A stretch of 64,000 bases of DNA from a phage. Numbering within the stretch: position 1 is the stretch's first letter; each line of letters opens with the position of its first letter. The stretch is from the sequence record MZ956761.1; one strand, 5' to 3'. The translations under genes were made by a program, and so were the position numbers. The notes beneath the pieces were generated by a model, which was not told the DNA's origin, ran no database searches, and saw nothing but the letters and a program-made list of their open reading frames with translations. This document shows positions 37,176-45,585 of this stretch, piece by piece.

Positions 37176-38491
37176 CATTTGATGATTTGACCGAAGGCCA
37201 GAAAAATGCCTTTAACATTGTTATGAAGGCTATTAAAGAAAAGAAACACCATGTAACTATTAATGGACCTGCCGGTACCGGTAAGACTACTCTTACTAAG
37301 TTCATCATTGAAGCCTTAATATCTACGGGCGAAACTGGCATTATTTTAGCAGCTCCTACTCATGCAGCTAAAAAGATTCTTTCAAAACTGTCAGGGAAAG
37401 AAGCGAGTACTATTCACAGTATTCTCAAAATTAACCCGGTAACATATGAAGAAAACGTTCTTTTTGAACAAAAAGAAGTACCGGATTTAGCTAAATGCAG
37501 AGTATTAATCTGCGACGAAGTGTCAATGTATGATAGAAAGCTATTCAAAATTCTGCTTTCAACTATCCCGCCGTGGTGTACTATAATTGGAATAGGCGAT
37601 AATAAGCAAATTAGACCTGTTGACCCAGGAGAAAACACCGCTTATATCAGTCCGTTCTTTACACATAAAGATTTTTATCAGTGTGAACTCACTGAAGTTA
37701 AACGCAGTAATGCTCCTATTATTGATGTAGCTACTGATGTTCGCAACGGTAAGTGGATTTATGATAAAGTTGTTGACGGGCATGGAGTACGTGGATTTAC
37801 TGGTGATACCGCTTTACGCGATTTTATGGTAAATTATTTTTCAATTGTAAAATCACTAGATGATTTGTTTGAAAATCGCGTAATGGCATTTACGAATAAA
37901 TCTGTCGACAAGTTAAATAGCATTATTCGCAAAAAGATTTTTGAAACTGATAAAGATTTTATCGTTGGCGAAATTATTGTAATGCAGGAACCATTAATTA
38001 AAACATATAAAATTGACGGAAAGCCTGTGTCAGAAATTATTTTTAATAACGGACAATTAGTTCGTATTATAGAAGCAGAGTATACATCAACATTTGTTAA
38101 AGCTCGCGGTGTTTCTGGAGAATATCTAATTCGTCATTGGGATTTAACAGTAGAAACTTACGGCGATGATGAATATTATCGTGAAAAGATTAAAATAATT
38201 TCATCTGATGAAGAGCTGTATAAGTTTAACTTATTTTTAGGTAAAACAGCAGAAACTTATAAAAATTGGAATAAAGGTGGAAAAGCTCCGTGGAGTGATT
38301 TTTGGGATGCTAAATCACAGTTTAGTAAAGTGAAAGCACTTCCTGCATCAACATTCCACAAAGCTCAGGGCATGTCTGTAGACCGTGCTTTCATCTATAC
38401 GCCTTGTATTCATTATGCAGACGCTGAATTGGCTCAGCAGCTTCTTTATGTTGGTGTCACTCGTGGTCGTTATGATGTGTTTTATGTGTGA
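37172..38491 (+). CDS. dda: DNA helicase Dda (SF1B)
   Basis: 439 aa; Walker A GPAGTGKTT. Confidence 0.9.
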   Translation: MTFDDLTEGQKNAFNIVMKAIKEKKHHVTINGPAGTGKTTLTKFIIEALISTGETGIILAAPTHAAKKILSKLSGKEASTIHSILKINPVTYEENVLFEQKEVPDLAKCRVLICDEVSMYDRKLFKILLSTIPPWCTIIGIGDNKQIRPVDPGENTAYISPFFTHKDFYQCELTEVKRSNAPIIDVATDVRNGKWIYDKVVDGHGVRGFTGDTALRDFMVNYFSIVKSLDDLFENRVMAFTNKSVDKLNSIIRKKIFETDKDFIVGEIIVMQEPLIKTYKIDGKPVSEIIFNNGQLVRIIEAEYTSTFVKARGVSGEYLIRHWDLTVETYGDDEYYREKIKIISSDEELYKFNLFLGKTAETYKNWNKGGKAPWSDFWDAKSQFSKVKALPASTFHKAQGMSVDRAFIYTPCIHYADAELAQQLLYVGVTRGRYDVFYV

Positions 38492-38497
38492 GGATAT

Positions 38498-38758
38498 ATG
38501 ATTAACATCAATTCAAAATATTTAAATCGTCTAATAGATGGTATAAAGAAGCATACTAATAAGCAAGATAACCTCAGTGTTATGGTAACAGGAGCTGAGC
38601 TCCTTTATAAGCTTAATCTTATAAGTGATACTATACTAGCAATTAAACGAATTGAAAAACAATCATATCACAGTAATACAGATACGGTAATTACATTAGA
38701 TGAAAGTGTCTGTAAGCTGCTGATTAAATTTGAGGAAGCTATTCGTGGAAATAACTAA
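38498..38758 (+). CDS. hypothetical protein (86 aa)
   Basis: ORF. Confidence 0.45.
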   Translation: MININSKYLNRLIDGIKKHTNKQDNLSVMVTGAELLYKLNLISDTILAIKRIEKQSYHSNTDTVITLDESVCKLLIKFEEAIRGNN

Positions 38759-38990
38759 AGACCAGTTTTATCTGCTTCAAGATAAAGTGAGCGAAATTTA
38801 TGAAATAGCTTATAGTAAAAATCGCAAAAACGTGAAAATTGAATCAGGCAAGTTAATGCTTCAATTGGAAGAAATTGAACGAGATTTGATTGCATTAGAA
38901 TTCTTTTGCGGCGAAGTGAAAACTGTTACAATCAGTGATTATGTTTTAGGTGAAATTAGCCATCTTTATAAGGCGGTTATTAATGATTGA
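38730..38990 (+). CDS. hypothetical protein (about 80-86 aa), start uncertain
   Basis: Non-ATG start (TTG 38730 or GTG 38745); paralogous to the next ORF. Confidence 0.4.
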   Translation: MRKLFVEITKDQFYLLQDKVSEIYEIAYSKNRKNVKIESGKLMLQLEEIERDLIALEFFCGEVKTVTISDYVLGEISHLYKAVIND

Positions 38991-39225
38991 ATTAAGTTTG
39001 CATCAGTTTAAATCTCTTATGACAAATGTTAAAGCTGTCATTCAAGAAAATCCAGGACCTGATAATGTTACTATTCGTGAAAAAGCTTTAAAGATAGTAT
39101 ACAGTCTTGAAGAGATGCAAAAAGATATTGAATCTATGGCAAAATTTATTGATGAGCCCATTAATAAAGTTTATATCCAAGATTATACTGTAGGTCAAAT
39201 TCGCGATTTAGCGAGGAAAGTTTAA
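38983..39225 (+). CDS. hypothetical protein (80 aa)
   Basis: ATG 38983; C-terminus resembles the preceding ORF. Confidence 0.45.
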   Translation: MIELSLHQFKSLMTNVKAVIQENPGPDNVTIREKALKIVYSLEEMQKDIESMAKFIDEPINKVYIQDYTVGQIRDLARKV

Positions 39226-39908
39226 TGTTTGATTTTATTATAGATTTTGAAACAATGGGAAGCGGTGAAAAGGCAGCTGTTATTGATTTGGCTGTTATTG
39301 CCTTTGACCCTAATCCAGAAGTAGTTGAAACATTTGATGAATTAGTTTCACGTGGCATTAAAATCAAGTTTGATTTAAAAAGCCAAAAAGGACATCGTCT
39401 TTTTACTAAAAGCACTATCGAATGGTGGAAAAATCAATCTCCTGAAGCTCGAAAAAATATTGCACCATCAGATGAAGATGTAAGCACTATCGATGGTATT
39501 GCAAAATTTAATGATTACATCAATGCGCATAATATCGATCCTTGGAAATCTCAAGGCTGGTGCCGTGGAATGTCGTTTGATTTTCCAATTTTAGTCGATC
39601 TCATTCGCGATATTCAACGTCTTAACGGCGTTTCCGAGAATGAGCTTGATACATTTAAGTTAGAACCTTGTAAATTTTGGAATCAGCGCGATATTCGTAC
39701 CAGAATTGAAGCACTTCTGCTTGTTCGTGATATGACCACATGCCCTCTTCCAAAAGGAACCTTAGATGGATTTGTTGCGCATGATTCTATTCATGACTGT
39801 GCGAAAGACATCCTGATGATGAAGTATGCTTTGCGATATGCTATGGGTCTTGAAGATGCTCCGTCAGAGGAAGAATGCGATCCTCTATCTCTTCCAACAA
39901 AACGATAA
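39225..39908 (+). CDS. dexA: exonuclease A (DexA)
   Basis: 227 aa; DEDD-like N-terminus; size and position as T4 DexA. Confidence 0.8.
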   Translation: MFDFIIDFETMGSGEKAAVIDLAVIAFDPNPEVVETFDELVSRGIKIKFDLKSQKGHRLFTKSTIEWWKNQSPEARKNIAPSDEDVSTIDGIAKFNDYINAHNIDPWKSQGWCRGMSFDFPILVDLIRDIQRLNGVSENELDTFKLEPCKFWNQRDIRTRIEALLLVRDMTTCPLPKGTLDGFVAHDSIHDCAKDILMMKYALRYAMGLEDAPSEEECDPLSLPTKR

Positions 39909-39914
39909 AAAGTT

Positions 39915-39944
39915 GTTTACTTCCTCGGTTAGTTGTGGTATTAT
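39915..39944 (+). promoter_or_regulatory. T4-type early promoter
   Basis: GTTTAC 39915-39920, TATTAT 39939-39944. Confidence 0.55.
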
Positions 39945-39971
39945 AACACCATAGCTACTGAGGATAATAAA

Positions 39972-40475
39972 ATGAAAATTTATCGTGTTGAATCATCGTT
40001 TAGTATTCTTAATTGTGAAGATGCTATAACAATACGTCGAAATCTTTGTGTTCAAATAACGCCATACAGGAGTATAATAGATTCATGGAGCGAAGAGTGG
40101 TTATTACACGTAGGTTATGATAGACCTAATTTTATGCATCATAGTAATGATAACAAAAGAATTCCTCTTCCGCGCGAAGACAAATTATTAGTTAAAAATG
40201 CTAATATAGCAATTAATACTAACTTTGAGAAAGAAGAATATGTAGGCGTAGATCATTATATTCCCGGATGGTTTATAGCTATTTATCATTTTGCTTTCGC
40301 TAGTGAATATGATATGATGAGATGGTTCACACGAGAAGAGCGTGAAGAATTATCTTCTAAAGGATTTTATCTTGCTGTATACGAAGTGCCAGATGACCAA
40401 GTTATCATTGGCGGACACCAAGTAATGTTCCGCAAATCGCATGCTGAACTCGTAGATTTTATTGAAATGAGATAA
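39972..40475 (+). CDS. hypothetical protein (167 aa)
   Basis: ATG 39972 with GAGGA RBS. Confidence 0.5.
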   Translation: MKIYRVESSFSILNCEDAITIRRNLCVQITPYRSIIDSWSEEWLLHVGYDRPNFMHHSNDNKRIPLPREDKLLVKNANIAINTNFEKEEYVGVDHYIPGWFIAIYHFAFASEYDMMRWFTREEREELSSKGFYLAVYEVPDDQVIIGGHQVMFRKSHAELVDFIEMR

Positions 40476-40477
40476 TT

Positions 40478-41017
40478 ATGAAATTTAATTATAATCCTGA
40501 GTACATACCAAATCCGGTAGCTAAACTGATTGATTTTGATGTTGTAAGCACTTATGTATGCCCTGTTAAACCACTGGAAATTAAGGAAACTACTATGACT
40601 ACCGCTATTGAAATCGGCAAAACCTACAAACTGGTTGAAACTGAAATTAAAACTACTGAACTAGATTTGGGTTATAAAGCATTGACCAGTGTTTTTGGTG
40701 AAGGCGAGTTTGTGGTTAAAAGTTTTTCAAAAAGTAATTGGTATGATAAGAATAAAGCTTACGTGATTCGAGCACATCGCTTAGATAATGATGAAGTAAT
40801 TAAAACTATGGCCTTTGAAGCAGAGCTTATCCTCTTCAAAGAAGTTGATCCTACTGACCTTTTGACTCATGCAGTAGCTATTAAGACCCCATTTATTTCG
40901 GTCTGTGGTTGGGTAACAGACCAATGGATTGAAGATGGTGTTGAACTTCTGAACGTTGTTCATGCAGGTGATTTTAGCGTAGTACCTCGTAGTGCAGTGG
41001 TAGCTATTTTGAATTAA
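40478..41017 (+). CDS. hypothetical protein (179 aa)
   Basis: ORF; C-terminus paralogous to the next ORF. Confidence 0.5.
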   Translation: MKFNYNPEYIPNPVAKLIDFDVVSTYVCPVKPLEIKETTMTTAIEIGKTYKLVETEIKTTELDLGYKALTSVFGEGEFVVKSFSKSNWYDKNKAYVIRAHRLDNDEVIKTMAFEAELILFKEVDPTDLLTHAVAIKTPFISVCGWVTDQWIEDGVELLNVVHAGDFSVVPRSAVVAILN

Positions 41018-41046
41018 TAGTTTACAAACTCTTGGGACCAGAGTAT
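41011..41046 (+). promoter_or_regulatory. early promoter with -10 in hairpin loop
   Basis: GTTTAC 41011-41016, TATAAT 41035-41040, arms GGGACC 41025-41030 / GGTCCC 41041-41046. Confidence 0.55.
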
Positions 41047-41093
41047 AATGGTCCCGTGGAGTATAAAATCTTTTTAACAAGTGAGAGATAACT

Positions 41094-41591
41094 ATGATTA
41101 TTAATATTGGTGAATTAGCTCGTGTATCTGATAAATCCCGCTCTAAAGCAGCAGGAAAATTGGTCGAAATTGTAAGCATTCAGCTTAAACACGGCGTTAA
41201 AGATGAAGATTCTGAAGTAAAAGTGCGTATCATTCCTAAAGATGGAAAGTCTAAACCTCAGTTTGGTTATGTTCGCGCGAAATTTCTTGAATCTGCATTT
41301 TTGAAAGCTGTTCCCGCTAAAGGAATTGAAACGATTGATACTTCGCATGTAGGTGTAGACTTTAAGTGGAAACTCGGTCAAGCTATCAAGTTCGTTGCTC
41401 CTTATGAATTCGAATTTACTGAAGATGAGGAAGGGGTTGTTCAAAAACACCGTACTCGCGCTATGTGTGCATACATTACTGATCAATGGGTAGAAGATGG
41501 CGTTAAGTTATACAACGCGGTATTTTTAGGAACATACAAAGTCATTCCTGAAAGTTGGATTAAACACTACAGCAAAGCTCGCTATGCATAA
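41094..41591 (+). CDS. hypothetical protein (165 aa) in the motB position
   Basis: ORF; shares (W/Y)(V/I)TDQW(I/V)EDGV(E/K)L motif with the preceding ORF. Confidence 0.5.
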   Translation: MIINIGELARVSDKSRSKAAGKLVEIVSIQLKHGVKDEDSEVKVRIIPKDGKSKPQFGYVRAKFLESAFLKAVPAKGIETIDTSHVGVDFKWKLGQAIKFVAPYEFEFTEDEEGVVQKHRTRAMCAYITDQWVEDGVKLYNAVFLGTYKVIPESWIKHYSKARYA

Positions 41592-41621
41592 AGTTTAAAA
41601 TTTTTCATAAAACTATATACA

Positions 41622-41663
41622 TCAGTAGTTGATTATGGTACTATATCAATATCAACTACTGAT
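41622..41663 (+). repeat. 13-bp perfect inverted repeat around a promoter-like loop
   Basis: ATCAGTAGTTGAT 41622-41634 / ATCAACTACTGAT 41651-41663. Confidence 0.6.
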
Positions 41664-41687
41664 ACAGAAAATAACTTGGAGAATAAA

Positions 41688-41957
41688 ATGGAAAACTTAA
41701 TTATCATCGAGCAATCTTTCAATGATTATGGTATGGCTTATGGTTATCGTGCGATAATGGAAGATTCTCGTGGATGTGTTATCGATATTGCTGAATGTAA
41801 AGATTTACTGCAGCTTTTGAAGATTGTTCGTAAAAATTGGGATTGTGAAAACATTAAAGCTCGTGTTGTAACGGAAGAAGAAACTGTTTTTCATGATGTA
41901 AAATTCGCTAAAGGTGCTGCTACTCTTCTGAAACGTATCGCTCCACTGTTTAATTAA
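41688..41957 (+). CDS. hypothetical protein (89 aa)
   Basis: ATG 41688 with GGAG RBS. Confidence 0.45.
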   Translation: MENLIIIEQSFNDYGMAYGYRAIMEDSRGCVIDIAECKDLLQLLKIVRKNWDCENIKARVVTEEETVFHDVKFAKGAATLLKRIAPLFN

Positions 41958-41970
41958 TGAGGAAATTGTA

Positions 41971-42186
41971 ATGAAACGTAAAATTGTTCAGAATTGCACT
42001 AATGACGAATTTGAAGATGTATTATTTGATCCAGATTTGGTAGTGGTTCAAAAGGAACATACCGTTAAGTTTACTCACTTGACTTCGGTTTATGTGTATG
42101 AAAAGATTGGTGATAAACAACCGATTTATGGTGTATTCCGTGAAATCACTGAAGACGGTACAACTTACTGGAAGGAAATTTATTAA
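41971..42186 (+). CDS. hypothetical protein (71 aa), cef-position
   Basis: ORF; size fits T4 cef. Confidence 0.45.
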   Translation: MKRKIVQNCTNDEFEDVLFDPDLVVVQKEHTVKFTHLTSVYVYEKIGDKQPIYGVFREITEDGTTYWKEIY

Positions 42187-42611
42187 TGGCTATTAAATTT
42201 GAAGTTAATAAATGGTATCAATTTAAAAATAAACAAGCTCAAGAAAATTTTATTAAAGACCATACTGATAACGGAATCTATGCACGTCGTTTAGGTATGC
42301 ATCCTTTTAAAATTTTAGATGTTGACCATCTTGGTCGTCCTACTAAAATTGTGACATCTGCTGGCACAGTTGGATATGCAACACATGGTGATATCCTTGA
42401 CGAAAACTTTATCTGGCTTTCTACTAACGAAGCTGGGTTCTTTGATGAAGTGGAAAATCCATATCAGGCAGCTGAAGAGCAAGAGCAGGAAGAGAAAGAG
42501 CAAGAACAAATAGAAGATTTCACAGAATTCCCGGTCATGAAAGTTACTATTGAAAATAATGAACAGGCATGGTCCTTGTATCAGATGTTGAAAGCTCACT
42601 TTAAGGAATAA
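42186..42611 (+). CDS. hypothetical protein with acidic [11 protein letters not shown] segment (141 aa), goF-position
   Basis: ORF. Confidence 0.5.
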   Translation: MAIKFEVNKWYQFKNKQAQENFIKDHTDNGIYARRLGMHPFKILDVDHLGRPTKIVTSAGTVGYATHGDILDENFIWLSTNEAGFFDEVENPYQAAEEQEQEEKEQEQIEDFTEFPVMKVTIENNEQAWSLYQMLKAHFKE

Positions 42612-42613
42612 TT

Positions 42614-42790
42614 ATGCCAATGTATGATTATAAATGCCAATCCGAAGATTGCGGGCATGAATATGAAAAAATTAAAAAGATTTCTGAACGAGAAAATGAT
42701 GTTTGCCCTAAATGTCATCGTCTGTCTACTCGTCGGCCTTCTGCTCCTAAGCATGTGAATGGTGGATTTTACGACTTACTTAAAGGGTAA
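42614..42790 (+). CDS. FmdB-like zinc-ribbon protein (58 aa)
   Basis: YDYKCQSEDCGHEYE...CPKCH; below ORF-track cutoff. Confidence 0.45.
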   Translation: MPMYDYKCQSEDCGHEYEKIKKISERENDVCPKCHRLSTRRPSAPKHVNGGFYDLLKG

Positions 42791-42792
42791 TT

Positions 42793-43164
42793 ATGTTTAA
42801 AATCGGTAAAAAATATCGCATTCGTGAAGGTGAAGAACAGAAATATCTACTTTCTGCTAGTAATAGGAATAGTTCTATTAATGCTGTAATATTGACTAGT
42901 GAATTTATCGTTGAAGATATGAAAGGTCATAATGTTACAATGATTAGTACAGCATCTGGAAATGATGGAAAAATTCTTCATAGTTGTCAGAGTAATGTTC
43001 TAATTTATGATGAAGAATTTGACTTCTTCAAAGAAGTTTCCGAAGATTTTGATTTTGAATGTACTATTACTATGAAATCTGGTGACCCTCTTTCTTTTAC
43101 AGTTAAAGATGAAAGAAGTCGCTTGAGAATTATTAGTCTTCTTCAAGCCATTAAATTTAAGTGA
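42793..43164 (+). CDS. hypothetical protein (123 aa)
   Basis: ORF. Confidence 0.5.
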   Translation: MFKIGKKYRIREGEEQKYLLSASNRNSSINAVILTSEFIVEDMKGHNVTMISTASGNDGKILHSCQSNVLIYDEEFDFFKEVSEDFDFECTITMKSGDPLSFTVKDERSRLRIISLLQAIKFK

Positions 43165-43430
43165 AAATTATGAAATATATTAATCGTTCTATCGCAGCAT
43201 TAGTATTAGCAGTGTCTTTAGCAGGATGTACTGATGCTGATAATGCAACCAAAGTTTTGTCTTCAAGTGGTTTTACTAATATTGAAATCACTGGATACAA
43301 TTGGTTTGGTTGCTCTGAAAATGATTTCCAACACACTGGATTTCGTGCTATTGGACCTACCGGGCAGAAAGTAGAAGGAACAGTATGTTCTGGTCTATTC
43401 TTCAAGGATTCGACTATCCGTTTTAAATAA
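43161..43430 (+). CDS. putative lipoprotein (89 aa)
   Basis: Signal peptide with lipobox LAGC. Confidence 0.5.
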   Translation: MKIMKYINRSIAALVLAVSLAGCTDADNATKVLSSSGFTNIEITGYNWFGCSENDFQHTGFRAIGPTGQKVEGTVCSGLFFKDSTIRFK

Positions 43431-43447
43431 AAGGCCTTCGGGCCTTT
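43431..43447 (+). terminator. UUCG-loop hairpin
   Basis: AAGGCC-TTCG-GGCCTT. Confidence 0.5.
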
Positions 43448-43499
43448 AGCTTTATGATTATTGGAGTATAATATTCCCGAAACCAAACGAGGATAAGTG

Positions 43500-45317
43500 A
43501 TGATTAAGAATGAAATTAAAATTCTGAGCGATATTGAACATATCAAAAAGCGTAGTGGCATGTACATTGGCTCTTCAGCTAATGAAATGCATGAGCGCTT
43601 TCTGTTTGGTAAATGGGAAAGTGTTCAGTATGTACCTGGTCTTGTTAAGCTTATTGATGAAATTATCGATAACTCAGTAGATGAAGGTATTCGTACTAAG
43701 TTTAAATTCGCAAATAAAATTAATGTTACTATTAAAAACAATCAAGTAACAGTTGAAGATAACGGTCGCGGTATTCCACAAGCGATGGTTAAAACACCTA
43801 CCGGTGAAGAAATTCCTGGTCCAGTTGCTGCTTGGACTATTCCAAAAGCGGGTGGTAACTTTGGTGATGATAAAGAACGTGTCACCGGTGGTATGAATGG
43901 TGTTGGTTCTAGTTTAACTAACATTTTTTCTGTGATGTTTGTCGGTGAAACTGGCGATGGTCAAAATAATATTGTAGTTCGTTGTTCAAATGGCATGGAA
44001 AATAAATCCTGGGAAACTATTCCTGGAAAATGGAAAGGAACTCGTGTTACTTTCATTCCAGATTTTATGTCATTTGAAACTAATGAGCTGTCCCAAGTTT
44101 ATCTTGACATTACACTAGATCGTCTCCAGACACTTGCTGTTGTTTATCCCGATATTCAATTTACCTTTAATGGTAAAAAGGTTCAAGGCAATTTTAAGAA
44201 ATATGCACGCCAATATGATGAGCATGCTATTGTTCAAGAACAAGAAAACTGTTCTATTGCAGTTGGTCGTTCACCGGATGGTTTTCGTCAATTAACTTAT
44301 GTGAATAACATTCACACTAAGAATGGTGGCCATCACATTGACTGTGTTATGGATGATATTTGTGAAGACTTTATTCCACAAATCAAACGTAAGTTCAAAA
44401 TTGATGTAACTAAAGCACGTGTTAAAGAATGTTTGACTATCGTTATGTTTGTTCGTGATATGAAAAACATGCGATTTGATTCTCAAACTAAAGAGCGTTT
44501 GACTTCTCCATTTGGTGAAATCCGTAGTCATATTCAGCTTGATGCTAAAAAGATTTCACGCGCTATTCTAAATAATGAAGCAATTCTAATGCCGATTATC
44601 GAAGCTGCTTTGGCTCGTAAATTGGCGGCAGAAAAAGCAGCAGAAACTAAAGCAGCTAAAAAGGCTTCTAAAGCTAAGGTTCATAAACATATCAAAGCGA
44701 ATCTTTGTGGTAAAGATGCTGACACTACTCTTTTCTTGACTGAGGGTGATTCTGCTATCGGATATCTTATTGATGTTCGTGATAAAGAACTTCATGGTGG
44801 TTATCCATTACGTGGTAAAGTTCTCAACAGTTGGGGTATGTCTTATGCAGATATGCTTAAAAACAAAGAACTATTTGATATTTGCGCAATCACTGGTCTA
44901 GTTCTCGGTGAAAAAGCTGAAAACTTGAATTATCATAATATTGCTATTATGACCGATGCTGACCACGATGGTCTAGGAAGCATTTATCCTTCTCTGCTCG
45001 GATTTTTTAGTAATTGGCCAGAACTGTTTGAACAAGGAAGAATTCGCTTTGTCAAAACTCCTGTAATCATCGCTCAGGTCGGTAAAAAACAAGAATGGTT
45101 TTATACAGTCGCTGAATATGAGAGTGCCAAAGATGCTCTACCTAAACATAGCATCCGTTATATTAAGGGACTTGGCTCTTTGGAAAAATCTGAATATCGT
45201 GAGATGATTCAAAACCCAGTATATGATGTTGTTAAACTTCCTGAGAACTGGAAAGAGCTTTTTGAAATGCTCATGGGAGATAACGCTGACCTTCGTAAAG
45301 AATGGATGAGCCAGTAG
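43500..45317 (+). CDS. 39: topoisomerase II large subunit gp39 (GyrB-like, fused 39+60 type)
   Basis: 605 aa from ATG 43500; GHKL ATPase motifs; single uninterrupted ORF. Confidence 0.9.
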   Translation: MIKNEIKILSDIEHIKKRSGMYIGSSANEMHERFLFGKWESVQYVPGLVKLIDEIIDNSVDEGIRTKFKFANKINVTIKNNQVTVEDNGRGIPQAMVKTPTGEEIPGPVAAWTIPKAGGNFGDDKERVTGGMNGVGSSLTNIFSVMFVGETGDGQNNIVVRCSNGMENKSWETIPGKWKGTRVTFIPDFMSFETNELSQVYLDITLDRLQTLAVVYPDIQFTFNGKKVQGNFKKYARQYDEHAIVQEQENCSIAVGRSPDGFRQLTYVNNIHTKNGGHHIDCVMDDICEDFIPQIKRKFKIDVTKARVKECLTIVMFVRDMKNMRFDSQTKERLTSPFGEIRSHIQLDAKKISRAILNNEAILMPIIEAALARKLAAEKAAETKAAKKASKAKVHKHIKANLCGKDADTTLFLTEGDSAIGYLIDVRDKELHGGYPLRGKVLNSWGMSYADMLKNKELFDICAITGLVLGEKAENLNYHNIAIMTDADHDGLGSIYPSLLGFFSNWPELFEQGRIRFVKTPVIIAQVGKKQEWFYTVAEYESAKDALPKHSIRYIKGLGSLEKSEYREMIQNPVYDVVKLPENWKELFEMLMGDNADLRKEWMSQ

Positions 45318-45347
45318 TTTACTTTACCACAAGGATGTGGTATAATT
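45318..45347 (+). promoter_or_regulatory. T4-type early promoter (duplicate of 308-337)
   Basis: GTTTAC 45318-45323, TATAAT 45342-45347. Confidence 0.6.
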
Positions 45348-45371
45348 AATTGGGCAAATGAGGATATTGAA

Positions 45372-45575
45372 ATGAAATCATATAAAGTAAATTTAGAGCT
45401 TTTTGATAAAGCAGTTCATCGAGAATATAGAATCATTCAGCGCTTTTTCGATATGGGAGAAGCCGAAGAATTTAAAAACCGCTTTAAAGATATTAGAGAT
45501 AAAATTCAATCCGACACCGCAACTAAAGATGAACTACTAGAAGTTGCTGAAGTTATTAAGCGTAATATGAATTAA
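45372..45575 (+). CDS. hypothetical protein (67 aa)
   Basis: ORF with GAGGA RBS. Confidence 0.45.
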   Translation: MKSYKVNLELFDKAVHREYRIIQRFFDMGEAEEFKNRFKDIRDKIQSDTATKDELLEVAEVIKRNMN

Positions 45576-45585
45576 TGAGGAAATT

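Noticed and set aside
43157-43567. 136-aa ORF on - strand
   Set aside because: Antisense to the lipoprotein ORF, the intergenic hairpin and the gp39 start; spans a terminator.
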